Below, in pieces: positions 1 to 15,200 of a DNA stretch of 64,000 nt. The translations under genes and the position numbers were made by a program. Source of the stretch: Trichoplax adhaerens (taxonomy: Eukaryota; Animalia; Placozoa); contig NW_002060945.1 in assembly GCF_000150275.1 (NCBI RefSeq), positions 3,557,172 through 3,621,171 on the forward strand, given 5' to 3'. The notes beneath the pieces were generated by a model that saw only the letters and a list, made by a program, of their open reading frames with translations, made no database searches and was not told where the DNA came from. Position 1 is the stretch's first letter. Every line of letters begins with the position of its first letter.

Positions 1-94
1 TCTTCAACAATTTCAATTGAGCTAATTCCACTATTGTCAATACACAACGGTCAGTCATTGTCCATTTTACGTTCTAATATCGCATATGGATGTC
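1..94 (-). other. Possible exon of a gene running off the left edge (would start MTDRCVLTIVELAQLKLLK...)
   Basis: Minus-strand acceptor (ggcag) ends at 95, ATG at 58 is open to the window edge, and a candidate upstream donor lies near 452. No recognisable homology. Confidence 0.2.
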
Positions 95-3000
95 CTGCCG
101 ATAATCATAAGGGAATCAAAATTGTCATATAATAGCTACTATTTGATCTGATGAAAAAACTACATGACATCATCATAGTCATCATAGTCATGATAGTGGA
201 TTGATATATATATATAAATATAAACTATAAACTAGGCATATCCAAGATGATGGTAACAAATTAACCCGTGAGAATTTCATCGTAATGCAAGGTGCAGTAA
301 AGGCTTAACCGTAGGTAAAAAACGTGTCTAGCTGCATAGAGTATCCTACTGGTTACAAGTTATTATCTTGAAAAGATTTAGGGTAAAGTACAATTGATCG
401 AAAGTAAATGATAGCTAGTATAGCTTATAAAACATTAGTGTGGAAACTTTACCGTTAGATATTCAAGAAATAATTATTTCTACTGTTAGCTTACGGTTAA
501 AAAATAATTAATAATCGATCCATGATCATTACGTTGATCTCTAGATTCTATAGATTGATTATCAGTTAATAAAGTGATGTAGATTAAATACTTAAATTAT
601 TCTTCTAGGTTAAGTAGGAAAAGCTTGAAAAAGTGTAGGGATTAATTTAATCACTACCGTCTTCAAATAATACTTTTATATCGTTAGGCTAGAGCGTGAT
701 GGGATACGCAAATCTTTCGGTTAGTAATGATTAAAATAAGTCATCCTGTATTAATTGGTAACCGATATCAAAGGAGGATCGAATTGTATAGCTAATCATT
801 CTAGTAGAGTGAGTGATAATTATGAGAGCTAAAATAAATAGTGACGAATTTCTTTATCACTACAGTATATTTATTCTGCTATTTACAGTTGCAGCTAATG
901 GTTCAATTGATTGATAATCCCAACCTTCTCCACGCTTTCTGAAGAAAAATTTTGATAACAATTATTATGCAGCAAGTCTTGAACTACAGAGGTGCAGCTA
1001 ACTCCCATTCTATTTTTTCATGATAATACTAAATGGTGTGACAACTTACAGAAGATCAATTAGCCTATTCTAGATGAGTGTACAAAGAATCTCTGCCGAG
1101 CAGATTAAAACATATCATTAAAAGTATTGAATTGAGTATTTTTTCTATTGATGGCATTATGAAAATACTTTTAGCGATTAATCTTAACATGATCAAAATT
1201 GTCTAACTAAGTTCGTGATGATGAACTATTATTTGATCTCGGTAACGCTAACTATATTTATGAAAGTAAAATTGAATTTGACCTTATTGCTAGCATAGCA
1301 TCAATGTACCTTAAAAAATAGAAGGTTTGAGTTAAACAAATAAATAAATGATTTCAATCTAGTTTTTATAGATATAATCAAAGTAAACGGTATCTGATGA
1401 TCAACAGTGATGATGATAATGATATTGCGTCTCGTTAAAAATAATAGAAAAACAGACCTGGAATCGCTTCGATGTAAGCAATCTTTTTCCACGCCAAGAA
1501 TATAAATAGGATACTGAAGGCAGTTATTACCTTCATATCTAGTAATGAACATCAATTAAATTTGATCGAGTAGGAGAATCAAAGCGAAAAGATAAAATCA
1601 AGAAATTCTTGTTCTCCACACTTGTTTTAAAATGTTCAAGGATGGGAGAAATTTATCGAACAGTTAATTAGATCCAGACTTTGCAGTACAGGATGGAGAC
1701 AGCAAACAGTGCTAGGTTATCCTAGTCTTCAGGGTATATAGTGACTTAGTAAATAAGCGATCAACATTTATGTTTACCTAATACATGTGTACAGTACACT
1801 AGACTATTCCATCCTGAATGGATGAGTAGTTGACAATTAATATACTTGAGTACTATGTTTTCGCACAGTAGCATACTATTGTTGAGTCAAATTGGGTGTG
1901 ATCTTGCTTCTCAATAGTACTACCTACATACTGCACGTATAGCTACTGCAAAACTTGGTGGGAACGACTTTAAGCAGGGCTTGGATAATTTTATTATGGG
2001 CAACTGTCATGTTTGCGAAAGTCTATTATCAGTCTTCCGTCCATAAAAGAGGCTGTAAAATATAATTCTGTACCAGAAGATTTTAGATAGGTTGATCACT
2101 AATGATCCATTACGCTACCGCATCATAGTCAGTATATAAAGTATGGTATCTATTATAGTATAAAAGAACTGGTGGTCACATAGTCAAGGTTATTACAATG
2201 TTGCGCTTAGTTGCATTACATACGAGATACAAAGCTATTTTAGTAATGTATTAACTTATTTAAGAATAATTTAAAGAAAAAGCAATATGAGAAATTATTG
2301 TTTACCGTAAATTATCCGATTAGCCTTACGAGTGACTCAATAGACCATTAATATAGTAGGGTTATAATTAACATTTGTAAGTAATTAATGGAATTATCTA
2401 AACCATCACGGTATGTATATGCACGTAATACAAACTATAGGGCAAAGAATTAGCCAACAATTTTGTTCTGCAAAAGAGGTAGCGCCCAAATACCGATTTC
2501 AAACTAAAAATTGTGCTATTAGCGAGTTCTCACCTTCCCGTTAGCTGGATACTGATTTTAAAGGTTGAAAACTGAAACGTTGTTTTCATATTAATGGTCA
2601 TTGGCTATGCAGTCCATTCAGTTAGCAACAAATCATTATAACTACTTGCTATAGAGTGATATACAGCACATGGACAATTGAACATAAAACATCACAGTAG
2701 TTATTTGAACAGTATATCAATCATGGACAAATTTTTTTATTCGGCATAGACAATAAATGATTCCATCAATGAATGAATACGCTACAAAATATAAAGCAAT
2801 ATTATTACATCAGCTCTATCATTCAATTAAGTAGTGTCGTTCAATAGGCTACTAAAAAAATGACATTATCTTCGTTATTCCAAATTGAACACCATTAAAT
2901 TACGCGTTCTTTTCGTACAACATCACTAATATGATACAACGTAGAAAACATCTCTTTGGAGTTTCTATTTCACCATGTGAAACATTAATTTAAACAACGT

Positions 3001-3242
3001 AATACTGCCTGTAAAGCCTGCTTACACACACATGATATAGCGAGGTAAAAAAATTACAATACCCAAAAATTTCGAACTCCTTCATTTTAGCCTCTATAAA
3101 TTCCTATTTTACATCAGAGTGCTTGGTAGCTCAAGCTTTGCTTGAAATAGAATTCTAAATTGCATTGCATTTAATACTACTTGCATTCAAAATAATAGTG
3201 GCCGGCAAGCGCTTGATGTCAACAACATCAAATTGCCTAATT

Positions 3243-6200
3243 TTACATATTATAAGCAACATAAATAGGATTTAGACTATCTGATAAGAATCTATCTCTT
3301 AAATGCATTCTTTGCTTTTCACCGCGAGAGTTAATTGGAATAGTACCAGGATCGACTACCACAGCAACACCGACTACTACTTGGTGCTCATTTAATACAG
3401 CATTCGTTATTAGTGGGACCAAATCTAGAGCTACGCTTTCGTCAAACTTGGTCTCGACTACAACCACTAATAGATTAGTCCACGTGAATAAAGCGCTGTT
3501 CGTTCAAAAATAAATAAAATCAAAATAGGTCCATAATAACATTTGTAAATGCTAGACATCACTAATTGCTAATATCATCATGAATAATAATTATTTGGTT
3601 CTTACCAATCTCCAATAGCTGCATGACATCTAGATATCGTATTTTCAATATCGGAGGGATAATACCTCATATCACGCCAATATAAGGCTTCATCCATTGA
3701 TCCCACCACGTGTATTGCTTCATGAATGGCTAAAATTGAATAGCACGATACCTCTTTAGTAATGTTCAGCAAACGCTGTATAATTATTTCGTTAGTAATA
3801 TTCACTTGCGGTTATTATGATATCATGTGACGATAAATTTATGAATTAGTATTACAAACCTCCGTCAGCTTCTATGAGCTCTGTCTTGTGAATAAAACCC
3901 AAATAGCCGGTACGTGCCCACGTCAATTGTGTATCATCTCCGGCATTTAATTTGGCACGAAATCGACGATTATATGGTATTGGATTATCGCCATCTATAT
4001 CAGCTTGACAAAAGTAGCCTTCAGAATTATGCTTTGAACTAACCCATATCTGCAACATAACATATATATACGCATAAAGTAAAATTGATGAATATTATAT
4101 TAATGCCATATAAAGATAAACTATCATTCAACTTACTTCTCCTAGTTCAGATAGACCACAAGAAACGCCTGTTTCTGGGTTAACTATGCAAACTTTAACT
4201 CCAGGAAGAATCTAGATTAAGCGATACATGCATAAAATAATTACATTTTGGTGTTTCACAATGCTCTGAGATTATCAAATGTTACAGTCCTACATTTAAT
4301 TTGACCATGAGATCAGTTCAAAGATCATAATCGAAATAGTTTAAATATCAATCAAACGTACCGTGCCGCTCTCGATAATACAGATACTATAGGGGCTACC
4401 CTTCTGAACAATTTTTATTCTGATGGTTCATATAATTCAAGAAATATAAATTGATGCTAGTATTATACGACGCACTTGCTAAGCAATTCAATTTGATTCT
4501 CGCTTACCTATCATTTCTTAAAGCTCGTAAATCTACATAAAGAGGCGACGGATCTGGACTGGATAAGCTCTATAATTAGTAGATGAAAATATTAATTTTA
4601 GAACGCATATAATATTAGTATACAGTTCTAATCGTATAAACCTGTGAGCATAAGGCTGGGTTGGTACGACACCCAAACGTCGTCTTAACTGCTCTATTTG
4701 ATAATCCTAAGCTTGAAAATAAAGCAGTGAAGACTGAAATTAAAGAAGTACGAGGTCTTTCTTCCGCTACAACGACGCAGGAACGCAGCGAGGACAGGTT
4801 AATTCCTTTGCCCTACGAAACAAATTATTAAGAAAATATCGGTTAATTTATCAAGTAATCGAAAGAAAAGATCGGGTATCAGTAAGCAAGAATTTAAGCC
4901 TACCGAGAGGGTATTTATGGAATTAGAACATTCTTTAATGCATCCATCTAGTACCGCATAAGATACAAACGTATCTCGTACTTTGATGAGAAATAAAATA
5001 TAGGAGTATTCATTAGCGATTAAGCTGTAATATCGTCATGATATCTTTTTGTAATTGCGTTAGTTACCTTTGTATTGACTTATGGCCATAAGCCATAGTG
5101 TAGGATTCAATTCAACGTCACTTGGAGATATCAATATAGTGTGATGGCCAGAATATATACTAGTAGATCAGCCAATAAAGCAAAGATGATTAATGGACAA
5201 AGCTATCTGGTAAAATGTGCTACCGAATCGTATGTGACAGACGTACCTACTAAGACACCACATTACTAAGCCGTAACCACAGTAAGGATCAACACAAATG
5301 GCTACCTGACGAGATGGATACAACTCACAAGCTATTTTATGTGAGTGACATATAGAGCCCGCAGCTTCATGTGACATCTACATAAAGTCAAAAATTAACA
5401 CTGAATAAGTTTACGTGTCACTACAATATCAAATTTTTACGATACATATATTATAACATACTTTTATTCCCACCAATATCCCATTTGTTGTTACACCAAA
5501 ATCTAAATAGGCGGTTGAATGAGATGATTGTGATTGATAGAATTCTTGCAAGCGGCCTTTTACGGGTGCATCAGTATCTACCATTGACGGCCATAATCTG
5601 TGCGGTACTACGGTTTCTGCATCCTAATTTACAAATTGAAGGAATGTACTCATAAATATCGATTCTTATAGTTATGTAAGTGAGGATAAGTAACTTATTA
5701 GTACCTTGGATCTTAGTATCTTGATAATATTATGATTAGATAAGATAACATCACTTTTACTAGTATCCACAACCATTTTTACAGTTGGAAGGGTAAATGC
5801 AACATTTTGAGGATGTGGTGGACGTATTGGAACAGGAATTAAACCTAAGGGCGATACACCATAGGTAACATCAACTATACAAAATCTGCTTGTAGGAGGT
5901 ATTTAGAAATTTATGATCTTATGAAGCAACTAAACATACCGATATAGAAGCAAGCGAAGAAGGAGGCAATCAAATCAATTCCTAAAACAAACGGATATTT
6001 GAAAACACATTAATTTAGGACGGGAATGCTTTCACTTGGAAATTAGTTGATCAGGAAAAGCTAAAATACCAGGAGGATATATTAGTGCTGCATGTTGACC
6101 AGCTGTGAGCCCACTTTTTTCCAACAAGATTGCAATTTTCTCAGCCTTGCGATGAAGCTGTAGACAAGTTACACTTGCGATAGCGGTTCCCTAAATAGGT

Positions 6201-9200
6201 TAATTAACTAATTAACTTTGTAAAAAGTAGTGTATGCTATATTTATTATTTTTCGCGATCATGGGTATTACGGTCTCAATTTGTCATTAATGTCATGTGT
6301 AGAGTGCCATTTAAGATTATTAACTATTTACCTTTCCGGACAGTAAGGTAAATATGACATCATCTGGTGATTGTGCGGCTCGAACTCTTAAATATTCTGC
6401 TAGATAGATTGTCTATAAAATATAGTTATATCTTCATTTAGTACTAGATGACCATGTACCTGACATATTGAAAATTTTAATAAAGCTTTACTTCATTTTC
6501 TAGGATTTCAAGTGATCGCCCTTCGGAAATAATAGGCGATGTGATACCTCCTCGACCTAAGTAGCCAATAATCTTTAGTAAGACAATTATGCAATCAAGG
6601 TAGTAATTATATGTTATCAATAATTAAACTACTAAGAGAAATAGTTGATAATCTAGCTTATTGTAGAATCAAAAATTTAGCTTCACCTCTTGCTCTCTTA
6701 TTAGCGATCGGCATATTGGGGATACAGCTAAAAATGTTTTAATAGAAATTAACGTATAAATGCAGTTACATTGATAAACACTATATATTTCGCACGATAG
6801 TTGATGCGTAAATAGCAATTATTAATGTATAATAGTAACCTATGAGGACACATAAGGACGCAGCATGGATGAAGCATTCCTTCAAAGAATCGCTGTTTCG
6901 TCTCATAAACGTCAACAAAACCATCTTTACTCTGGTATACATGCAAATGCAAAAGTTTATTGTTAGTCAATTATAAAATAACCCGAAAGTAGATTAATAT
7001 ACAATCTAGCGAATAATACGGTGTTAAGCATACAGTAGGTAACGTGTTAGCTGGAACCAAAAGAAAACCGTAAATATTGACCTAGAAAATGGATCATTAA
7101 AATTACTTGCATAATAATTCATAGCTCAAGATAGACGAAATCAAGAAAGACTTACGTCATGAATTTTGTCGACACATGGCATAACTCTACTCATCCATTG
7201 AAATCCCTAGTGGTAAATATACTAATTATTTTTCGGTCTAAAATGTTGCTAGTTTGTAGTATCAATGTCTAAAAACTACACATACATTTTTTAGCTTTAT
7301 TTAGGACTATTAATCCTTGTAGTAATCTAACCTCGTCCTCCGTGGAGTCAGTCTTTTGTTCGGCTACAACAATAATTCTTTCATCATAGTAAACAGTAGT
7401 GGAGAAAACAGCAATTCTGTAATAATAAATAGCAAAAATTTTGGTAATAGCATTAAGGGTAAGGTCAATATTATTATCGTTTCTCACCTTCCAAGATGTA
7501 CATAGCTAGAGGGAGAAACAGCTAGGATAGTAGCTATAACATCATCAGTGTTGTGACGTCTATTACTGACGGTCATTAACCCATTGCGATTTCCGCAAAC
7601 AAATATCACATTGCTCTTCGTAATATCAACGTTCAATAGCAAGCACGATTAAGGATTCGAGTAATAATCTGATCTAAGTAAAAAACGATACAGATCAACT
7701 TACCGGTCCTAAAAACCCTAAAAGGCCTGAACGAACGTAAGTTTGTTGGGTAATAGCTTGATTCCTGTCGTTTAAGGGAGTTACCTGAAAGAAAAAGATT
7801 TTTTAGACACGATATAATTAATATCGTTTACGCATCAGCTATATATTACTATCGCACAGCTTTAAACTCCTACGCGTATACATATCCGTGCTTATTTTTA
7901 TACACGTAGTACATACTTCAAATACGTGCTTTGATTTTCCTGGAAGTTTAAAGTAGCCATTGCCAGTAGTCCTACCGGATAAGCAGATTTCACCTATTTC
8001 ATCGACGCGACATAAATTTGGCAATCCATCGATTTTTAAAACTGCAACGGAGCCTATACAGTTATAACCCATTATTGATAAATTTAAAATATTACATTAT
8101 ATGCTCAAAAAACAACGCAACAATACTTTATCACGTACCAGTTGGAATAACTGGGCCTAAATCCTGTAGAGTCAAAGACGTAAGGGAACCTGCGTTTTCC
8201 ACACGCACTGCACCATCACTTAAAGCACTAAGAGACATAATTCCTCGGCCTGTCACTGCCGCTCGACTGAATGGTCTAATGTTAGTAAAGTATCGAATAC
8301 ATAGATTATTATTTAGGCAAAAATCAAGTACTCAAGAAAATGATGGTGTCCTCTTTTGCTACAATAATTTAGCAAAATCAGTAGCCGCTGTTTAAATTTG
8401 GATGGATCATTACCCTCTTATAGATACTGTTAATGTCTCTGTTGAATAGGCACATGTAGACAATGACTCGGCTCGTAAACCGCTATTTTCAAATTCATCA
8501 AGGAAAGCGTCACAGGCGGCTAAGGACCCTTCGTTTTAATCAATGTGTCATTAATATTTATGTGTTGAATACGATGAAAGTGTTGATGGCAAATATTAAT
8601 TTTGCAGTACTAACAAGGATTTTGTCCATCCGCAACAAGAAGCATCCGTAAGTTACTAAGGTTAATTGACAAAGGTACTGTGTCTCTTTGCCTAGCGAGA
8701 ACAGCTACTTGCAAAATTCTAGCAGATGTGATCGCATACTTTGCTAAAAATAAGGTGCATGTAATGTAATTAAAAGAGAACATCAACAAGTAATATTAAC
8801 AATAGTATGCATAAGCAACAGTTACTGACCACCAAATTTAGAGCAGACTGATAACCACTCCAGTGGATGATGATACCCCATTGGTGATGTGTTTGGTATT
8901 TGAATAATATGCATTCCGTTCATGAGGGGCTAATAATGTAAGCGCATATTGTAACGTAAGTAATAATCTCTGAACACACGTGAATATTGTTAGCTCTCTA
9001 CTTACCATAATAATGCTATGCCATAATCCAACTCCTCTTCGGTAATCAATTGTGCAGATAGTTGTCTCCACTTTATGAAATAGAAGTAAATAGTAAAAAT
9101 TAAAAATTATTGTAATGCCTTCACCTAATTTAGTATTACTACTAACATCTAACGAATGCTACGACGCTATAAATTGTAAACTTTTTCATGGAATGAGATG

Positions 9201-12200
9201 GCAGGTAGGCTTTGAACAATAGTAATAACTAATGAACGTACCTTCTTTTGAAGATGTGGGCGATCGGTATGCGCATAGGCTATTAAGTACTCGAACATGG
9301 CTTAACATACAAGCTCTAGATACAATAGCTCCCATAACGGAACCATCTTTATCGACCGTATACTAATAAAATTCAGTAAATTCATTATATAAATTTAGTA
9401 AAACGTGTGCTCTAGATTTGCAAGATACTATCTTTAAATAATCCATACAACTTTTAAAAAGTATTTTTTTTAGATAAGACAATAAACTTTTGATTCATTT
9501 TAGCGTCTCAATATTTGAGAGGCAGAGCGCAAATTACAAACCTCAATATGTGATACAATATCCGGGGACTGTCTATCAATATTAGGTGGAATCCAATTTT
9601 TAGTCGGTTTTTGTAAATGATCTATACTTAGCCAATTCATGATCGGCCATCCTATATTTTTGTATAATATAAAGTTGATTGAATATAGGTAAACTATAAA
9701 ATGATTGACAATACTATTTTGTATCCATGTTGTGAAATATATTTTATAATTTGAGAATAGTACGATCGTTACCTTTAAAGCTAATATTAACACTACTATC
9801 ATCTTTGTCCCTCGGTAAAGATTTTAAACAAGATTCACTAGTGAGAACTACAGAAACTGAACACTGCCTCAATAAGAAACCTTTCTGGGCAATTCCGGGT
9901 TCCTGAATTATAAAACAAAAGTAAACAGAAAGAATAGTAGATGAATAAATATTGCAATTTAATTATATCTATCTTTTATTTATTGATACAACAGTACTGA
10001 AAATGCTCACAGAATTTAAAAATTTATTTATAGAACTGTAAATATCTACTTAATTCCTTAATAGAACCTATTTAGGGATAGTAATCGAATTAACGATTAA
10101 TATTAAATCTACTACTTATTATCAGGGAATTTTAAATAATTTCCTAATTTATTCACTCACATTTTTACTATCAGGTGGCTCAATGGCAATTGGGACTAAA
10201 TTAGCCAAAAGGCAGGCAAAGAATCCAACAGCGAAGCTATCTGCTTGATGAGAAGGAAACGCTAGCGCTACCTGTTATCAATGAGTATTCGTTTTGTTAT
10301 ATAATTCTGAAATGGTATAAATTATAAGCAAACAAATATAGACGAATCATACTCTATCTCCAGGATTTAAATCGTCGCCATTTCGGGTTTTAAATTTTGT
10401 AACAAGGTTATACGCAAGCTTGTGACATTTAGTGAATAACTTGCCTAGAAAATCGTATTTATCAGAAATCGAAAGTCAAAAACAATTTCTTTGCACTTTT
10501 TACAGTATATCTCTTTGTGTAATTACCGTAAGTCAGAGTATTGACCACTTTATCATTTTTGTCGAGTGTACTCATAAAAGGACATTTCGCTAGCACATTA
10601 CCATAGTGATATAGTGCATCTTCGGGGCTATCGGGTTGGTTTGATTGAAGTTTCTGCATGTGATATTCAAATATTAGAAAATACTAGTATGTCAGATGAA
10701 CTTTCAACACTACCTAAAAATTCTTGCATGGTTTAGATAATTGCCTCGTAGACTAAAATGATAAAATTTTAGAACCTTTAGACTTCCTCCATTGGCTGGC
10801 TTCATAAATTGGCCTTCTGGCTTGATGGCACTTGGGTTTACCGGCAATGGTTGAACTGAAACATAAGTATTAAGTATGCAATTAATATTGAGTAATTCAT
10901 AAATATACTTGTATTCGGATTCCTTAAGCATTAATTGGCGTATTAGATTATCAATCTACTAAAACATCTTAAATCTATTTTAGTTGCCTTTTGCACCTTC
11001 CATATCAGTGTCTCCAAAATCAGCCAGTATCTCATTCTTTTTAGGTCTCTGTAGTAAATTGAATTTATAATCAACTATTAACGATGTAACAAGCAAGCAT
11101 GTTATGTAAAAGCTTTTATACCTTTAACGTATCAACAAGTTTTTTGATCTTGGTTGACACGTTCATTCCTAGTCAATAAATAGGATAATTTCAGAGATAC
11201 CTAACGAAGTAATTTTAAGTGGATAAATGACCATCATACCTGGACCTGGTTGAAAATTTGAGAGTTGAGAACTTTCTTTTTTCGCATTACTAGGAGGACC
11301 ATTTAAGAGTAATTGATTTGGTCGCCGGCCTAAATGAATTTGTATATATAATACAAAAAGTAAATGCCTCAAATTCAAAACATATAGGTGGAATCCAAAA
11401 TTATGTTCGTACATCTTACTAAATGATAAATAACTAAAGTATAAAATAGTCTTACTGTACCTCCATCTAATCTTCTTTCAGATTGTATAAATTCCATCGC
11501 TTCTTTTGGAACATTACTTAAAACAGATTGCATAGCTTCGGTTCTATGTTCTTAAGAGTAGCAAATTGTGTAATAAAAAAACGTTATGTTTAAGTGTTAT
11601 ACGTAGTAATCAAATGGACACTTTTTAAAAGCGACAAAATTTCGCCTCAAAAATGTGATTACTTTTACTAGAGTTTAATGGAATTGTTGGTTCTTTCTTC
11701 TGTTTGTAATGTTGTTTACGGTGACCTATAAAATTATAACGAAGTAGCTTAGTTGATAGGACGTTCCCAGTGATAACTATAGGGCCAGAATAGATATAAT
11801 GAAAGTATTATTTAAACGTTAATACAGTATTATTCACCTCCGCTTTTGTATTCGTGGCTACTATTTGATGAATATATTTTTTCACTTTTTGATTGAGGTT
11901 TCGGTTCTACCTCAAGGCCATGATAAGATCTACGTTCAGCAGCAGCTGCTGCAACGATTGCTGCGGCTATTGATTTAAAGGAATGATGTTAGCTTAAAAC
12001 AATTGGGTAGTATATATATATATGTATATTTATATTATTTAGATTATCAGTCAAAATCGAAGAGCATGTATGCAAATCAGAAACGGATATACATATTCTA
12101 AAATGATGATTTTTTAGGTTAAACGTCAGAGACATATTACCACTTAGGGGCGTATTATTAGGAGCAGAATGGGATGTTTTCAATTTGGCTGAAGCAGCAG

Positions 12201-15200
12201 AGTTTACATTGATTTTTAGAAGTAAATTTTAGTTAATTGCAGCAGCATCAATTTAGAGCAGCAATCTAAAGAGCAGCATTAAATTTTTATCATTTCAGCT
12301 CACATTGCGATTGAGTAGAATTTCTACTAGATTGCGTATGCCGATGATGATGATTTTTATTGCTTTGATGTCCAGCTAATAAAAATAACGCAATTAATTT
12401 GCTTTTTCACCAAGCTTTGGATATAGCATAATTCAGGTGTCTACAAGTTATTGTCCAACTGCGCAATATCGAAGCGCCAAGCTAGCGAAATATAAGACTG
12501 ACTAGTTACTAATTAGGCTTACGTCCTAGTTCGGTACTGATTCTCTGTGATAATTTGGGATCCATCTTGGTTGCTCTAATCTGTTTGCTATCGTCGGGAG
12601 CTTTTTAATTTATAAAATATCAGAAGTTAGTATATGAAGTTTTATTCAGCCAAAATAAAGTTCCCGCTCGAGTTTAATGAAAAGCAACAGCGATTAGTAC
12701 ACACGATGTTCTCAGTTATAACATAAGGGAATTACTTACGTCCTATATCTGAAATACTTTTTGGAGGTGTTCCACTTATTTTCGAATGCCTGGCTTGAAT
12801 ACCGTCATCTAGAAAATAGTATTATATTAATTTAACTATGGCAGAAAATAGTTTACAAATCGTGAAGAAAGCGTATTGACATCTGCTTAACAGCTGTACT
12901 ACTGTACTTGTAATTTTCTATAATACTTGCAGATTATAAAATGAGATCAGCATAAAGACATTGTTCCTTCTTTCATAGATAAGATTACGTAAATACGCAC
13001 CTTGTCCCCGAGGGTATCCACTTGCAGGGGTACCTGGAGTAGTTGGGGTAGTTATTATTTTACTCGTAGCATCTCTACCAAATTCTGTTTCAATCTTGGC
13101 ACCTGGAGGATACCTCGGTTTACTTGCAGCAAATCTACTATCGGCTGCGCTGCTATCGCCGTGACTATTTGGGTTTCTACTATAATTATCATTATCCTTA
13201 AGTTTATTTACGCGACTGCTTGGACGACCTGGTGTATCTACAGTTGGGTCTTTTCTATTAGCAGCGCTACTATGTCCTTGGGCTTTATCAAATGGCAAAT
13301 CAGCTTTGCTAGGGCTAGCTAGCCGGCTTGAGACTGTAATAAATATTATATGATTGGAATGAATAATTTTAAAAAAATTAGTTGCGTGTTATAGGCGTAG
13401 CAAGGACTAGTTCATAACTGAGTTTACAGATCGCTACAGATAGGATTGTACATGTAGTATCGACTAATTTATTACCAGTTGATATATTATCTCGAATTTA
13501 CCTTGTAATATGAACATATCATAAATATAGAGTGATTAGATAATCGCTAAGATGCATTTATGATTACGTAATGAAACTGTAGGATACTGTAGAGAGAAGA
13601 TTTAATCTCTACAGTGTCTTAAAGTTTTATGCCCATAGTTCATGTAGACAATGTCTATTTTATGTTCTGATTTATTTATTAACCCTGCAGTATTTATATA
13701 TCTGTAGTAGATTAATCAATCGCTACGATACCTTTATTAGTGCATAATAACAGTACAGTTATATTTATACTTACAATCATTATCAGTTGCCCTTCGTTGA
13801 AAAGGGGATAATATTTTCGCTTTTTTCTTTTCGTATCCTTTGGCTGTAATATATCCTGCAGATCGATTAATGCAGCATTAGTACGCATAGAAACGGATGA
13901 TTTTCTGTGTAAACAATGAACAATCTTGTATTTATTTATCAGAAGGGCGATCATACACAAAACATTATTGAGAGTTTACGGAAAATCTTGTACTAGACCA
14001 TATGTGTTAGATAGTTGAAGAGTAAGTATTGTCTGATGGACATTGTACATATCCGATAATAATACACATAGAATTCAATAACAATTAAGAAAAAAATAAT
14101 TTCACAAGATATGCAATATGTCAACTAAAGCAAGACCATGATAGACAAGCCATGTTAATAATTCGTGACAAGATTGATTTTTCCTGATGATTATTCAGTG
14201 GGAAGGTCATAAATCTAGTAACTTTTACGCTCGTATAGGCTTTATATAATTCATTTCTTGATATGATGTACGAATATTATTTCAATACAATTTTCGGCTA
14301 GTTATGAATTTTACCGATACAATTGATCATCGAAGAAAAAATAGACTGTACTTCATGATTACGCTTCTTAGATTTGAATATTGCCTGAGGGTAATTTCGG
14401 GTGTCATAGGCATTGTCATTGGACACAATGTTTACAAATGGTTAATTCATATCGATTGAGAAGAATTATTCCTATCGACATAGAATGGGTTAGTTTAAAA
14501 TCATCGCTATCATCTTGGTTTCTATTAGCAGTTTGGTGCTATTTAAATGTGTTACTGTATCGTCGATTACATCATATTACCTTTCTCATCGACAAGTTGA
14601 TGATCACTACATCATTTAAGCAGACAGAAGAGAGAATGATTAGTTGTCCTCTTGGATTCAATCGAATGTGGGGAATTTTTTGTGGATTACGTTATCAATG
14701 CCTTGATATGGGAAAAAGTTGACGACATTTTATTTATTCGAGTCTTGTCTTTCATGTTAAGTGAAGCATGAAATATTTATGATGAAAAATATGGAGAAAT
14801 AGCATTGTATACCACGGTGTTGCAAAGGCCGGAAGTAGGAAAATTGGCAATGCCTTTACATTTACTTTCTGATTATGTAGTTCTTATGGGCACTGTAAAC
14901 TTTAGAGAGAAGGAATCCTTGTTACATTATTGTATATTACTCTCAGAAAACTTTCTAAAGGGTTAACAACATGTTGACAAAGGGTTTGGTTGTTGGCGCT
15001 AGGCGGGGGGCTATAGTAACTCCTCGGCCATGCACTGCGGGGAGAAAAATCTCCATATCCTTTGATACCTATCAATCCACTGAAAATGATGTTTATGGCT
15101 CCTTTGTACATTGAGTTTTATTATTTATCAAAACAAGTTAGCTGTAGAAAAAGTGAAATACATCCAAGTACACAGTAAAGGGAGATTAAGCAGTGGCGGA

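Noticed and set aside
8018-8651. Plus-strand ORFs overlapping DIP2 (also 13002-13322) and antisense ORFs over kinase, NPEPPS and AAMP exons
   Set aside because: They are shadow frames of real coding exons on the opposite strand.
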